Origin: Bacteroidota bacterium
GTDB lineage: Bacteria > Bacteroidota > Bacteroidia > Chitinophagales > Chitinophagaceae
Assembly: GCA_018970395.1 (NCBI GenBank)
Contig: JAGWWM010000007.1
Span: 14,839-78,838 of the forward strand
Reading direction: 5' to 3'
DNA length: 64,000 nt
The translations under genes and the position numbers were made by a program. Below, in pieces: positions 30,826 to 39,629 of this stretch; positions within the stretch are counted from its first letter, which is position 1; every line of letters begins with the position of its first letter. A model generated the notes under the pieces. The model was not told where the DNA came from and made no database searches. It saw nothing but the letters and a program-made list of their open reading frames with translations.

Positions 30826-31267
30826 TTACTTTTATTACTATTTTTTTAAGTGAACTAATATGATTATTGATGGCAAACTGGGGATGATGAATATCCTGCT
30901 GAAAAAAAACAGCCATATACCCGGGAGTTAAATCAATTATTGAGTAGGGCTCCCCTGTTTCACGATAAAACTGACAATCCGTTTCTTCTTTATATGATTG
31001 AGTTATGTCAACATGCTGAAAGTCGTATAATTTTATTCTTTCTACGCCTGATAATAATACCTGAATATCCACCTCCCTCCTATGAGATTCGATAATGGTT
31101 GGCGCCATTTGAGTTGAATAGCTCATTACCTTAAAATAATAATCGGCGTTATTTTGATAAACGCCGTCAGGTGTATGGATATTTATCGATGACAACTCAT
31201 TAAAAATTTCCTGGAAAAGATCATTTTTAAAATAGATTTCCCAATTGTTTATTTTATCGCAAATCAT
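30803..31267 (-). CDS. YhcH/YjgK/YiaL (NanQ-like) protein
   Basis: ESHRREVDIQ, DCQFY, VFF..DIHHP, KKIVIKV. Confidence 0.9.
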   Translation of the reverse strand: MICDKINNWEIYFKNDLFQEIFNELSSINIHTPDGVYQNNADYYFKVMSYSTQMAPTIIESHRREVDIQVLLSGVERIKLYDFQHVDITQSYKEETDCQFYRETGEPYSIIDLTPGYMAVFFQQDIHHPQFAINNHISSLKKIVIKVNAKLFTS

Positions 31268-31938
31268 GATAATAATTTATAAATCGCTTCAGCAATTATA
31301 AAATCCTGCGGCTCGTCAATATCTACCGCTTCAATTTTATCTATTTCAAACATGTAAGGATTTAAACCAATTCTTTTGCCACCTGCATTTTCAAAAGATG
31401 CTTTACTGAAAATGTAGAAATTTGAATTTTCCTCATAAAGAGGCTCTAAGTCCTGAGTACGAAGTAATTCATTCGGATTATGATTAAAGGGAGTTCCGTC
31501 TTTTTTGTATAAACGAGTTTGAATTTTAGTAACTGAAAAAACTGAGTCATAAAGTCCACTTTCTTTATACTCGATCATTTTTTCAATTGCAGCATCAATT
31601 GAAGATGTTTTAAGCAAAGGATTTGTGCTATGTGTCTGCAAATATAAGTCAGCCTCTACCTTGGAGATATCACATTCTATAACCTTATTCATAGAAACAA
31701 AATCACCAACAATTTCAGCTGGCCTATCAATAATAATTACCTTGTCGCTAAATTGCTCTTTAATATCATTTTTAATTGCCTGACTATCTGTATTTACAAT
31801 GACTGATGAAATATATTTTGAATAGAGTAAAGTTTCCAATACTCTATGGTAAAGGGGTCTCCCTGAAAATGATTTAAGGTTTTTATTAGGAACTCTTTCA
31901 GAATTTCCTTTCATAGGGAGAAGTGCTGCAATTTTCAT
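31264..31938 (-). CDS. Acylneuraminate/ulosonate cytidylyltransferase (single domain)
   Basis: PMKGNSERVPNKN, VNTDS, HSTNPL, RTQDL, DIDEPQDF. Confidence 0.92.
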   Translation of the reverse strand: MKIAALLPMKGNSERVPNKNLKSFSGRPLYHRVLETLLYSKYISSVIVNTDSQAIKNDIKEQFSDKVIIIDRPAEIVGDFVSMNKVIECDISKVEADLYLQTHSTNPLLKTSSIDAAIEKMIEYKESGLYDSVFSVTKIQTRLYKKDGTPFNHNPNELLRTQDLEPLYEENSNFYIFSKASFENAGGKRIGLNPYMFEIDKIEAVDIDEPQDFIIAEAIYKLLS

Positions 31939-31958
31939 TTTGAATAATTTATTTAAAA

Positions 31959-31990
31959 ATGCTTCGCTTTCCTGAGTCCCAAAAAACTAC
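31959..31990 (-). promoter_or_regulatory. Putative ops-like pause/antitermination element in the polysaccharide-locus leader
   Basis: Minus strand reads GTAGTTTTTTGGGACTCAGGAAAGCGAAGCAT, 20 nt upstream of the first ATG. Resemblance to Bacteroidota capsule-leader elements is recalled, not verified. Confidence 0.45.
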
Positions 31991-32084
31991 AGGCAATTCC
32001 AAGAACTAAACAAATAGAAAATAGTTTCCAAAGGATTGATAGCCTGTGGCTTAAAATCTAATTGATTGGTAAAATGGTATATTA

Positions 32085-32092
32085 CAAAGTTA
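32085..32092 (-). promoter_or_regulatory. -7 promoter of the polysaccharide locus
   Basis: TAACTTTG about 146 nt upstream of the cytidylyltransferase ATG. Confidence 0.65.
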
Positions 32093-32153
32093 AAATATAA
32101 AATTATAATATCCAATCAAAGCCTTGCTTTAACTTATGTAAATTTTTATGATT

Positions 32154-32189
32154 AAAAAAGAAAAAGGTTGGCAAATGATTGCCAACCTT
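32154..32189 (-). terminator. Intrinsic terminator of ompA
   Basis: AAGGTTGGCAA-TCAT-TTGCCAACCTT, an 11-bp stem followed by a T-rich tail on the minus strand. Confidence 0.9.
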
Positions 32190-32214
32190 ATATGAATAAA
32201 ATATTGATTATTTA

Positions 32215-33459
32215 TTAATACCTGGAAAGTCTAATCTCGGCTCTTCTATTTTGAGATCTTCCCTTAGAAGTATTATTGTCAGCTATTGGTTGAGTAGCGC
32301 TAAATCCTTCTACAGAAATTCTATCAGCACTAATACCTTTTTTAGCGAGATAGGATTTAACTGCATTGGCGCGATTGACAGAAAGTTTTGTGTTAACTTG
32401 TTCTGTTCCGGTAGCATCAGCATGACCATTGATTTTTACCTTCACATCCGCATTAGAATTAAGATACTTAGCAGCTTCATTGAGAACTTTCTTAGCAACT
32501 TCACTCAATACTGAACTTCCGGTTTTGAAGAGTACATTATTAACATTGTACTCTACTGCAGGGCATCCTTGATCTGTACCAGCCTGATTTGGACACTTAT
32601 CATCTGAATCTGCAACACCATCATTATCTGCATCAACGATAACAGGTTTGACATTTTCAGGTTTGGGCTCAGGTTTGGGCTCGGGTTTAACCTCAGGTTT
32701 AACCTCGGGTTGTGGTTGAACTGGCTGGATTTGAGGTTGAGTGGTAGGTGTTTTAGAAGATGTTGATGATTTTTTCTTGATTATTTTCTTAACTGCAGCA
32801 TCGTCAATACGGTATTGAACACCAACAGAAATATTTAGCATATTGGAATTGTAATCGTTAATAAATGCCGGACGATACATTCTTTCTAAATATTGATTTT
32901 GTTTGATCTGGTAAATGGTAGTAACATCAAAATTTAAAGACAATACTCGACTTAAATGATACTGTCCTGTAAGACCAGCAAGTACGTTGTACATATCATC
33001 ATTCCCTAACAATCCTCTATCATTTTTAATGTTCCCGGCACCTTGACGGAAACTAGGGTTAAAATTAGAAGATAATCCTGGACCGGCATGTAATAATAGT
33101 CTGAAATTAGGCACGCCGAATTGAGCTAAGTCACTAATACTTAAAACACCTTGCACATTGGCACGGAGCGTTAAGGATTTGTCAGGATTAGGGCTAGCAA
33201 TATCTTTAACACTGAAGAAATCGAATCCCAAATCACCTTTGATTCCATAATATTTATTGAACATATAGCCTGCACCGCCATCAAGATGAAGGTTCAGCTT
33301 ATTTTCATTACCTGTAAAAACTTTACCGCCACCGGTTCTGATACCAACATTGCCATCCAAAAATAGACCAGTGGGTATATCGCCGGTAGAATTTTGTCCG
33401 ATAGCAGTGCCGGTTAAGAGCAGAAGCATTGACAACAAGAATGCATAAATTTTACTCAT
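32215..33459 (-). CDS. OmpA-family protein (beta-barrel, P/E/K linker, TSP3 repeat, OmpA_C)
   Basis: DADNDGVADSDDKCP, FKTGS, GHADATG, LSVNRA, NRRAEI. MSKIY start gives a signal peptide. Confidence 0.92.
   Translation of the reverse strand: MSKIYAFLLSMLLLLTGTAIGQNSTGDIPTGLFLDGNVGIRTGGGKVFTGNENKLNLHLDGGAGYMFNKYYGIKGDLGFDFFSVKDIASPNPDKSLTLRANVQGVLSISDLAQFGVPNFRLLLHAGPGLSSNFNPSFRQGAGNIKNDRGLLGNDDMYNVLAGLTGQYHLSRVLSLNFDVTTIYQIKQNQYLERMYRPAFINDYNSNMLNISVGVQYRIDDAAVKKIIKKKSSTSSKTPTTQPQIQPVQPQPEVKPEVKPEPKPEPKPENVKPVIVDADNDGVADSDDKCPNQAGTDQGCPAVEYNVNNVLFKTGSSVLSEVAKKVLNEAAKYLNSNADVKVKINGHADATGTEQVNTKLSVNRANAVKSYLAKKGISADRISVEGFSATQPIADNNTSKGRSQNRRAEIRLSRY
32657..32712 (-). repeat. 12-bp tandem repeats encoding the PEVK/PEPK linker of OmpA
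   Basis: tcaggtttgggc x2, tcgggtttaacc, tcaggtttaacc, then a partial unit. Confidence 0.85.
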
Positions 33460-33547
33460 AAAATGTTTTTTAAAGAATTTTGGCAATATTACACTTTTTT
33501 TTGAAATATTTATCGAATGTTTTTTCTTTTTTTTCCACAAATAGAAA

Positions 33548-34291
33548 TTACGGGAACAGATTCCTCATTTCCCATAAGAAAATTGCTGACGCAGCTCCCA
33601 CATTAAGTGAATCAGCTGCTCCCCTACCCTCAATGGTCAACTTATGATCCAGCAACCCGGCTAACTCAGGCCTGATACCATGCCCCTCACCTCCTAACAC
33701 CAAAATTCCGCTACCAGGCCATTTAAATGAACTTAAAGGGCAGCCATTTAGGGTAGCGCCGCATATCGGTTTATTAAGACAGGGTAAATAGCTGGCAAGT
33801 GATTGATAACTGATTGAAACCCTTGCAATACTCCCCATAGATGCCTGAACTACTTTAGGATTGTAACAATCAACCGTATCTTCTGAACATACGATTGTTT
33901 TTACCCCAAACCAATCGGCATTTCTGATTATGGTACCTAAATTTCCCGGGTTCTGCACCCCATCTAATGCTAAGATCCAGTCATCCGCATCCGAAACAGG
34001 TTCAACAATATCAAATTTTCTTAAAATAGCGGTAACCTGGTTAGGGGTTTGCAAGAGTGTAATTTTGCTTAAATAATGCTCATCTATTACCCGATATTGA
34101 GTTTTCTGCAAACGGATATAATTCTTTTTCACAAATTCATCCGTAGCGTAAATCATTACAAACTGACCCGAACAAGTATCCAACAGATCTTCTACAAGCT
34201 TCACCCCCTCAGCTATAAAACAGCCTGTTTCTTTTCTTCCTTTCTGATGAGCTAAAGACTGAATATGTTTAACTTCGCTTTTGCTAAGCAT
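33548..34291 (-). CDS. TrmH/SpoU RNA methyltransferase
   Basis: AEG.KLV, QNPGNLGTIIRNADWFG, GGEGHG, SLNVG. Confidence 0.93.
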   Translation of the reverse strand: MLSKSEVKHIQSLAHQKGRKETGCFIAEGVKLVEDLLDTCSGQFVMIYATDEFVKKNYIRLQKTQYRVIDEHYLSKITLLQTPNQVTAILRKFDIVEPVSDADDWILALDGVQNPGNLGTIIRNADWFGVKTIVCSEDTVDCYNPKVVQASMGSIARVSISYQSLASYLPCLNKPICGATLNGCPLSSFKWPGSGILVLGGEGHGIRPELAGLLDHKLTIEGRGAADSLNVGAASAIFLWEMRNLFP

Positions 34292-34300
34292 TTGAACTGT

Positions 34301-36757
34301 ATGAGTTTTGTGAGAATTCTAACATTAATCGGCTTACTTATTACTGCTACCTTCTGGCTATCCTGCGGTGTTCGCAATTTCCCGCAAAATAAGCCATTTA
34401 TCTATGAAAATCACTTTCATATATCCGGAAATGAGTTTTCAAAAAAAGAAAAAAAAGCATTGCTTGAAAAACTTAACACCCAACTAAATGATAGCCTGAA
34501 GATAAAAGTCAAAACCAAATTATTGTTTTTCAAACAAATATTAGACCCACCGGCATTTGACACTTCAAATGCCCTATCTAGCTGTAATAACCTTGATGTA
34601 TTTTTTAAAACAATGGGATATTACTATGTGCAAACGAGTTTTAACTACCAAACCGACTCAATCATTAAGTCAAATCAGCTAAACAATCAATATCGGGTTA
34701 CCACTCATTTTAAAATTGAACCCGGAAAACCGTTTCGGATTGATTCCGTTGCCTATGATATTGTTGACAGCAGCCAATATGAATTGTCGAAAAATCTCCA
34801 GAATCTGGCCATTCAAGACAAAGAAAAATCATTCCTTCAAAAGCAATCCATATTTTCTGAAAACCTAATCAGCAATGAACTGGATCGTTTAGTAGAGCTC
34901 TTCCGAAACAATGGATACTACAACTTCTCCCGCGAATTATTATTCGCTGAAGCGGATACAGTCTATCTCCCTTTACTGAACCCTTTACTCAACCCTTTTG
35001 AGAGAATGGAAGCCTTAAAAAAGGCGCTCGAAAGAAAAGACAATCCCACCATAAATGTGTATATCAGACTGAACCCTAAAAGCAATCCTGTACAGTTATT
35101 GCAATATCAGGTTGGAAAAGTCATCATAGATCCGGATTACAGCACGCTGGCCATTGACAGTTCATCAGACAACATCATTCCCTATGAGGGAATTTTTATA
35201 AAAAGCAAATCAAAAAAATTCAAACCCTCTTATATCAGCGACCATAATCATTTGGTTTCCGGCACTCTCTTTAAGTCAGACAATCTGAATAAAACGTTTG
35301 ATGAATTCAACAATCTGGGCAACTGGCAGTTTATTAAGATTGAGCCCAAAACCAGACTTGTTGGAGATTCCCTTTCGACAACGGCTCCAAAGATTGATTT
35401 TGATATCAATATGATGCCATCCAGAAAATATGCTTTAACCGCTGACATTGAAAGCGTATTCAATCAAACACAACAAGCTGCTATCGGAACGGCGGGAAAC
35501 CTTATTGGAATTGGACTTAACCTCGGTTTGAGAAACAGAAATTTTGATCGTCAAGGCATTTTAATTGCACATACTTTCAGGGGTGGAATAGAAGCAGGGA
35601 TCGGGCAAATTAATGAGGGTTTACAAGCAACGGAGCTTACTTACAACAATAGCATAACCATACCTAAGCTTTTTGGATTCAGCAGAAGTTTTAATAAAAA
35701 ATTTCTTTACAAGAGAACATTGGTGAATGCCAACTTATCCGCCATAGACAGAAATGTAAATAATAACGGACTTTTCCGACTGACCAATGTCGGAGCCTTT
35801 TTCGGTTGGCAAATCAGAAATAAGCGGAATGAACTAATTACTTTTCGACCGGCTTATGTAGAATTCGTGAATTTGCATAACATATCCTCTAGCTTTCAAA
35901 AGCAGTTAGATACTACCCCTTTTCTTCGATATTCATTTACCCAGGGTCTTGTACTGGGCAATCTGATGTTTTCTTTTTCCAAACCTAATCTCTTTCATCA
36001 TCGACAAAAAAATCATAGCAGTTCTTTACGAATCGGCTTTGAGGAGTCCGGGTTGTTGTTCGGAAGATTAAAGTCAAGTATTCCTGTGCTTAAAAACAAT
36101 CTTTTTGAATATGTGAGGGCTGAAATGGAAATCAAATATGAAATTCAAAATCGTAAAGATGGATGGGCGTTTCGAATGGCTACCGGCGCAGGTTATTTAT
36201 TAAATGATTCCGTAAATATGCCATTCTTCAAACAATTTACAGGAGGAGGCCCCAACAGTATGAGAGCCTGGTCCTTGCGAAGTATTGGTCCCGGCGCTAC
36301 ACCACTCGAAAAAAGATCAGGAAGAAATCAATTTTTCAGCAGAAGCGGTGACATGATTTTTGAAGTGAATGCCGAATACCGATTCAATGTAGCGACGGTA
36401 ATACCGGATGCTTTTATCATCCGGGGAGCCTGCTTTACCGATATTGGAAATGTATGGAATCTCCCCAATAAAACCAATCACGGAAATGACACAGTGGTTT
36501 TTCACTTAAAGAATTTTTACCGCGATTTGAGTGTGAGCCTTGGCACAGGTATTCGTTTCGATTTTGTGGGACTTTTTCTCTTGAGAATTGACTTCGCTTT
36601 ACGGGTAAAAGATCCGGCACTGCCCTTTTCAAACAACAATAACGGATGGAAGAATCCGAAAGCTAGTTTAGCCAACTTTTTTGGGAGGACAGAAGAACAC
36701 CGCCAATGGCGTTATGAAAACTTCAATGTTTCACTGGGCATCAATTATCCTTTTTAG
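34301..36757 (+). CDS. TamL/Omp85-family outer-membrane lipoprotein
   Basis: Lipobox WLSC, POTRA-like N-terminus, GGPNSMRAW, FTDIGNVW, C-terminal GINYPF. Confidence 0.85.
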   Translation: MSFVRILTLIGLLITATFWLSCGVRNFPQNKPFIYENHFHISGNEFSKKEKKALLEKLNTQLNDSLKIKVKTKLLFFKQILDPPAFDTSNALSSCNNLDVFFKTMGYYYVQTSFNYQTDSIIKSNQLNNQYRVTTHFKIEPGKPFRIDSVAYDIVDSSQYELSKNLQNLAIQDKEKSFLQKQSIFSENLISNELDRLVELFRNNGYYNFSRELLFAEADTVYLPLLNPLLNPFERMEALKKALERKDNPTINVYIRLNPKSNPVQLLQYQVGKVIIDPDYSTLAIDSSSDNIIPYEGIFIKSKSKKFKPSYISDHNHLVSGTLFKSDNLNKTFDEFNNLGNWQFIKIEPKTRLVGDSLSTTAPKIDFDINMMPSRKYALTADIESVFNQTQQAAIGTAGNLIGIGLNLGLRNRNFDRQGILIAHTFRGGIEAGIGQINEGLQATELTYNNSITIPKLFGFSRSFNKKFLYKRTLVNANLSAIDRNVNNNGLFRLTNVGAFFGWQIRNKRNELITFRPAYVEFVNLHNISSSFQKQLDTTPFLRYSFTQGLVLGNLMFSFSKPNLFHHRQKNHSSSLRIGFEESGLLFGRLKSSIPVLKNNLFEYVRAEMEIKYEIQNRKDGWAFRMATGAGYLLNDSVNMPFFKQFTGGGPNSMRAWSLRSIGPGATPLEKRSGRNQFFSRSGDMIFEVNAEYRFNVATVIPDAFIIRGACFTDIGNVWNLPNKTNHGNDTVVFHLKNFYRDLSVSLGTGIRFDFVGLFLLRIDFALRVKDPALPFSNNNNGWKNPKASLANFFGRTEEHRQWRYENFNVSLGINYPF

Positions 36758-37457
36758 GAAATGTCCTTATCCAGTCTAAAGTTTCTTCCAGCGTTCGGGC
36801 ATCCTGAACAGAATAATCTCCTATTCGTTCACGTCTCAAAGCACTCAAATAACCCCCGCAACCAAGCTGCTGTCCTAAATCATGAGCCAAACTACGTATG
36901 TAAGTTCCCGTTGAACATACCACCCGAAATGAAACTAAAACTGAATGGTCGGTTTTTTCAAAATGCTCAATATCAAATTTTTGAATGCATATTTTTCTTG
37001 GTTCCAATATTACGTCTTGCCCTTTTCTTGCCATCAGATAAACCGGCTTCCCATTTTGTTTGATCGCTGAATGTTTGGGAGGAATTTGAAGTATATCACC
37101 GGTAAACAAACGGGCAGCTGCTTCAACCTGTGTCCATTCAATCGACGAGGTGCTTTTAAAGTTTTCAGGCTGCGATTCCAGATCATAGGTTGGCGTTTCA
37201 GCACCGAGCGTAATCGTACCGGTATATTCTTTTTCCTGCGCCATATATTCATTAATCCGCTTGGTGAATTTTCCGGTACATAAAATCAATAAACCGGTGG
37301 CCAATGGATCCAATGTACCGGCATGACCAACTTTTTTGATTTTGATATTGCTCCGGATTTTAGCAACCACATCATGGGAAGTCCATTCCAATGGCTTGTC
37401 AACAAGCAATACTTGTCCCTCCAAAAAATAATCTTGTAAAAAAGGCTGCATCAACAA
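36741..37457 (-). CDS. truB: tRNA pseudouridine(55) synthase
   Basis: DKPLEWTSHD, KVGHAGTLDPLATGLL, CSTGTYIRSLAHD. Confidence 0.96.
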   Translation of the reverse strand: MLMQPFLQDYFLEGQVLLVDKPLEWTSHDVVAKIRSNIKIKKVGHAGTLDPLATGLLILCTGKFTKRINEYMAQEKEYTGTITLGAETPTYDLESQPENFKSTSSIEWTQVEAAARLFTGDILQIPPKHSAIKQNGKPVYLMARKGQDVILEPRKICIQKFDIEHFEKTDHSVLVSFRVVCSTGTYIRSLAHDLGQQLGCGGYLSALRRERIGDYSVQDARTLEETLDWIRTFPKKDN

Positions 37458-37474
37458 CTAGTTGTTCAAAAACA

Positions 37475-38953
37475 TTAATAAGCTTGAGCAAATAATACTC
37501 TTCCCTCGGAAGGTTTTCCCGTGAGGATACATTGACCCGGTTCATTTTTCCTATCCAGCGGAATACAACGAATAGTTGCCTTGGTTTTTTCCTTTATCAA
37601 TGCTTCCGTTTCAGCAGTACCATCCCAGTGCGCCGATAGGAAACCGCCCTTGGTTTCAAGCAACTGAACAAATTCATCCCAGGTATTTACTTCGGTAATA
37701 TGCTCCTGCTGATAGTTTTTGGCTCGTTGAAATATATTGTCTTGTATCTCTTCCAATAATTGTTCAATATACTCGGGCAAACCGTCCATAGATACCGACT
37801 GTTTTTGCTTTGTATCTCTTCTGGCCAATTCCACCACATTATTTTCCATATCCCTCGCACCGATTGCAATCCGTACCGGTACTCCCTTCATTTCATATTC
37901 GTTGAATTTCCAACCCGGCCTTGCATGGTCGGAATCATCATATTTCACGGATATTTTTTTAGCCTTTAATGACTTAACGATTTCAGCTACTTTTTCACTA
38001 ATAACGGATTTTTGCTCTTCTCCTTTGTAGATAGGGATAATCACTACTTGCAGCGGTGCGATGCGGGGTGGCAACACCAAACCATCATCATCGCTGTGTG
38101 CCATCACGAGCGCGCCGATCAAACGGGTACTGACGCCCCAGCTGGTAGCCCAAACATATTCCTGTTTATTTTCTTTATTCAAAAATTTGACATCAAAAGC
38201 TTTCGCAAAATTTTGTCCGAGAAAATGTGAAGTGCCCGCCTGCAACGCTTTCCCATCCTGCATCAGTGCTTCAATGCAATAAGTATCCAATGCACCGGCA
38301 AATCTTTCAGACTCAGACTTGACACCTTTTATCACAGGAAGTGCCATATATTGTTCTGCGAATTCAGCATACACATCGAGCATTTTTCGGGTCTCCTCCA
38401 CTGCCTCTTCTTGCGTAGCATGTGCCGTGTGTCCTTCCTGCCATAAAAACTCCGCAGTGCGTAAAAACAAACGAGTACGCATTTCCCATCTCACTACGTT
38501 TGCCCATTGATTGACAAGGATCGGAAGATCGCGATAGGATTGAATCCATCCTTTATAGGTATTCCATATAATGGCTTCACTGGTAGGGCGCACCACCAAT
38601 TCTTCCTCCAGTCTGGCTTCCGGATCCACCATCAACGCTCCTTTCTTGTTCGGATCGGTTTTCAGTCGATAATGGGTGACCACCGCACATTCTTTGGCAA
38701 AGCCTTCTGCGTTTTTCTCCTCCGCTTCAAACAAACTTTTAGGGACAAAAAGAGGAAAATAAGCATTTTGGTGTCCTGTCTCCTTGAACATCCTGTCCAG
38801 CACATCGCGAATATTTTCCCAGAGAGAGAAGCCATAAGGCTTAATGACCATGCAACCTCTAACAGCAGAATAATCAGCCAACCCTCCTTTCAAAATCAAA
38901 TCATTATACCACTGCGCATAATCTTTTTCGCGAGACGTAATTTCACTTGCCAT
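37475..38953 (-). CDS. proS: Proline--tRNA ligase (eukaryote/archaea-like type)
   Basis: [48 protein letters not shown]. Confidence 0.97.
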   Translation of the reverse strand: MASEITSREKDYAQWYNDLILKGGLADYSAVRGCMVIKPYGFSLWENIRDVLDRMFKETGHQNAYFPLFVPKSLFEAEEKNAEGFAKECAVVTHYRLKTDPNKKGALMVDPEARLEEELVVRPTSEAIIWNTYKGWIQSYRDLPILVNQWANVVRWEMRTRLFLRTAEFLWQEGHTAHATQEEAVEETRKMLDVYAEFAEQYMALPVIKGVKSESERFAGALDTYCIEALMQDGKALQAGTSHFLGQNFAKAFDVKFLNKENKQEYVWATSWGVSTRLIGALVMAHSDDDGLVLPPRIAPLQVVIIPIYKGEEQKSVISEKVAEIVKSLKAKKISVKYDDSDHARPGWKFNEYEMKGVPVRIAIGARDMENNVVELARRDTKQKQSVSMDGLPEYIEQLLEEIQDNIFQRAKNYQQEHITEVNTWDEFVQLLETKGGFLSAHWDGTAETEALIKEKTKATIRCIPLDRKNEPGQCILTGKPSEGRVLFAQAY

Positions 38954-39006
38954 AGAAAAAATTTAACAGCTCTTTTCTTTAGAGCAATCTTAACAATTAA
39001 GCGAGG

Positions 39007-39014
39007 CAAAAGTA
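39007..39014 (-). promoter_or_regulatory. -7 promoter for proS-truB
   Basis: TACTTTTG on the minus strand. Confidence 0.65.
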
Positions 39015-39042
39015 GTAACTTCACTTCTACAAACTATCGGCC

Positions 39043-39594
39043 ATGCAAAATAATCTACGCTCACTGATGCTGTTCATTCTGGTTTTGAGTCTTTATTCCT
39101 GTGCCGCTTATCGGAATGGACAAACTCCGGATGATATATATTTTGCCGAATCAGCTCCTGTTGGCCAATATGTCGTGATACCTTCCGGTTCTGATAGAGA
39201 TCGGGAAGACAGACAGATTCGCATGCAGATTTACAATCCTCGTTTTCGCAATTTTTATGACCCTTATTACTGGCATTACAATACCCCTTTTTTACACCAA
39301 CCATCTATTTTCGGCTTCGGGCACAACAACCTGCTCCCCTTCCAACCCAATAACGCTTCAGGTTTTAGACCCCAGATTTCTACGACTATACCCAAAGTGA
39401 CCGCTCCTGCAATATCAAAACCACGACAGCCCGGCAAAATTGGGTGGACTTATCCCAACAGCAACAGCACCAATACAAACTCCAACCAACAAAGCGGAAG
39501 TCGTTATTTTTCTGATCATTCCGGCAGTACGCCTTCTTCACCCCGTTCTTCCGGAAATAGCAACGGAGGCACAAGAAGCGGAAGAAGAAATTAA
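39043..39594 (+). CDS. Hypothetical lipoprotein with low-complexity S/N/G tail
   Basis: Lipobox LYSC, GQTPDDIYF, disordered C-terminus; precedes the FadL-like gene. Confidence 0.75.
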   Translation: MQNNLRSLMLFILVLSLYSCAAYRNGQTPDDIYFAESAPVGQYVVIPSGSDRDREDRQIRMQIYNPRFRNFYDPYYWHYNTPFLHQPSIFGFGHNNLLPFQPNNASGFRPQISTTIPKVTAPAISKPRQPGKIGWTYPNSNSTNTNSNQQSGSRYFSDHSGSTPSSPRSSGNSNGGTRSGRRN

Positions 39595-39629
39595 CGATTT
39601 CAAAATCCTACATCATTCAGTCCCATCCA

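Noticed and set aside
32062-32119. 8-bp inverted repeat TTGATTGG/CCAATCAA around the polysaccharide promoter, suggesting an invertible promoter
   Set aside because: The arms do not extend beyond 8 bp and enclose only 42 bp, shorter than typical Bacteroidota invertible segments. No locus-linked invertase is present. Read-orientation data would settle it.
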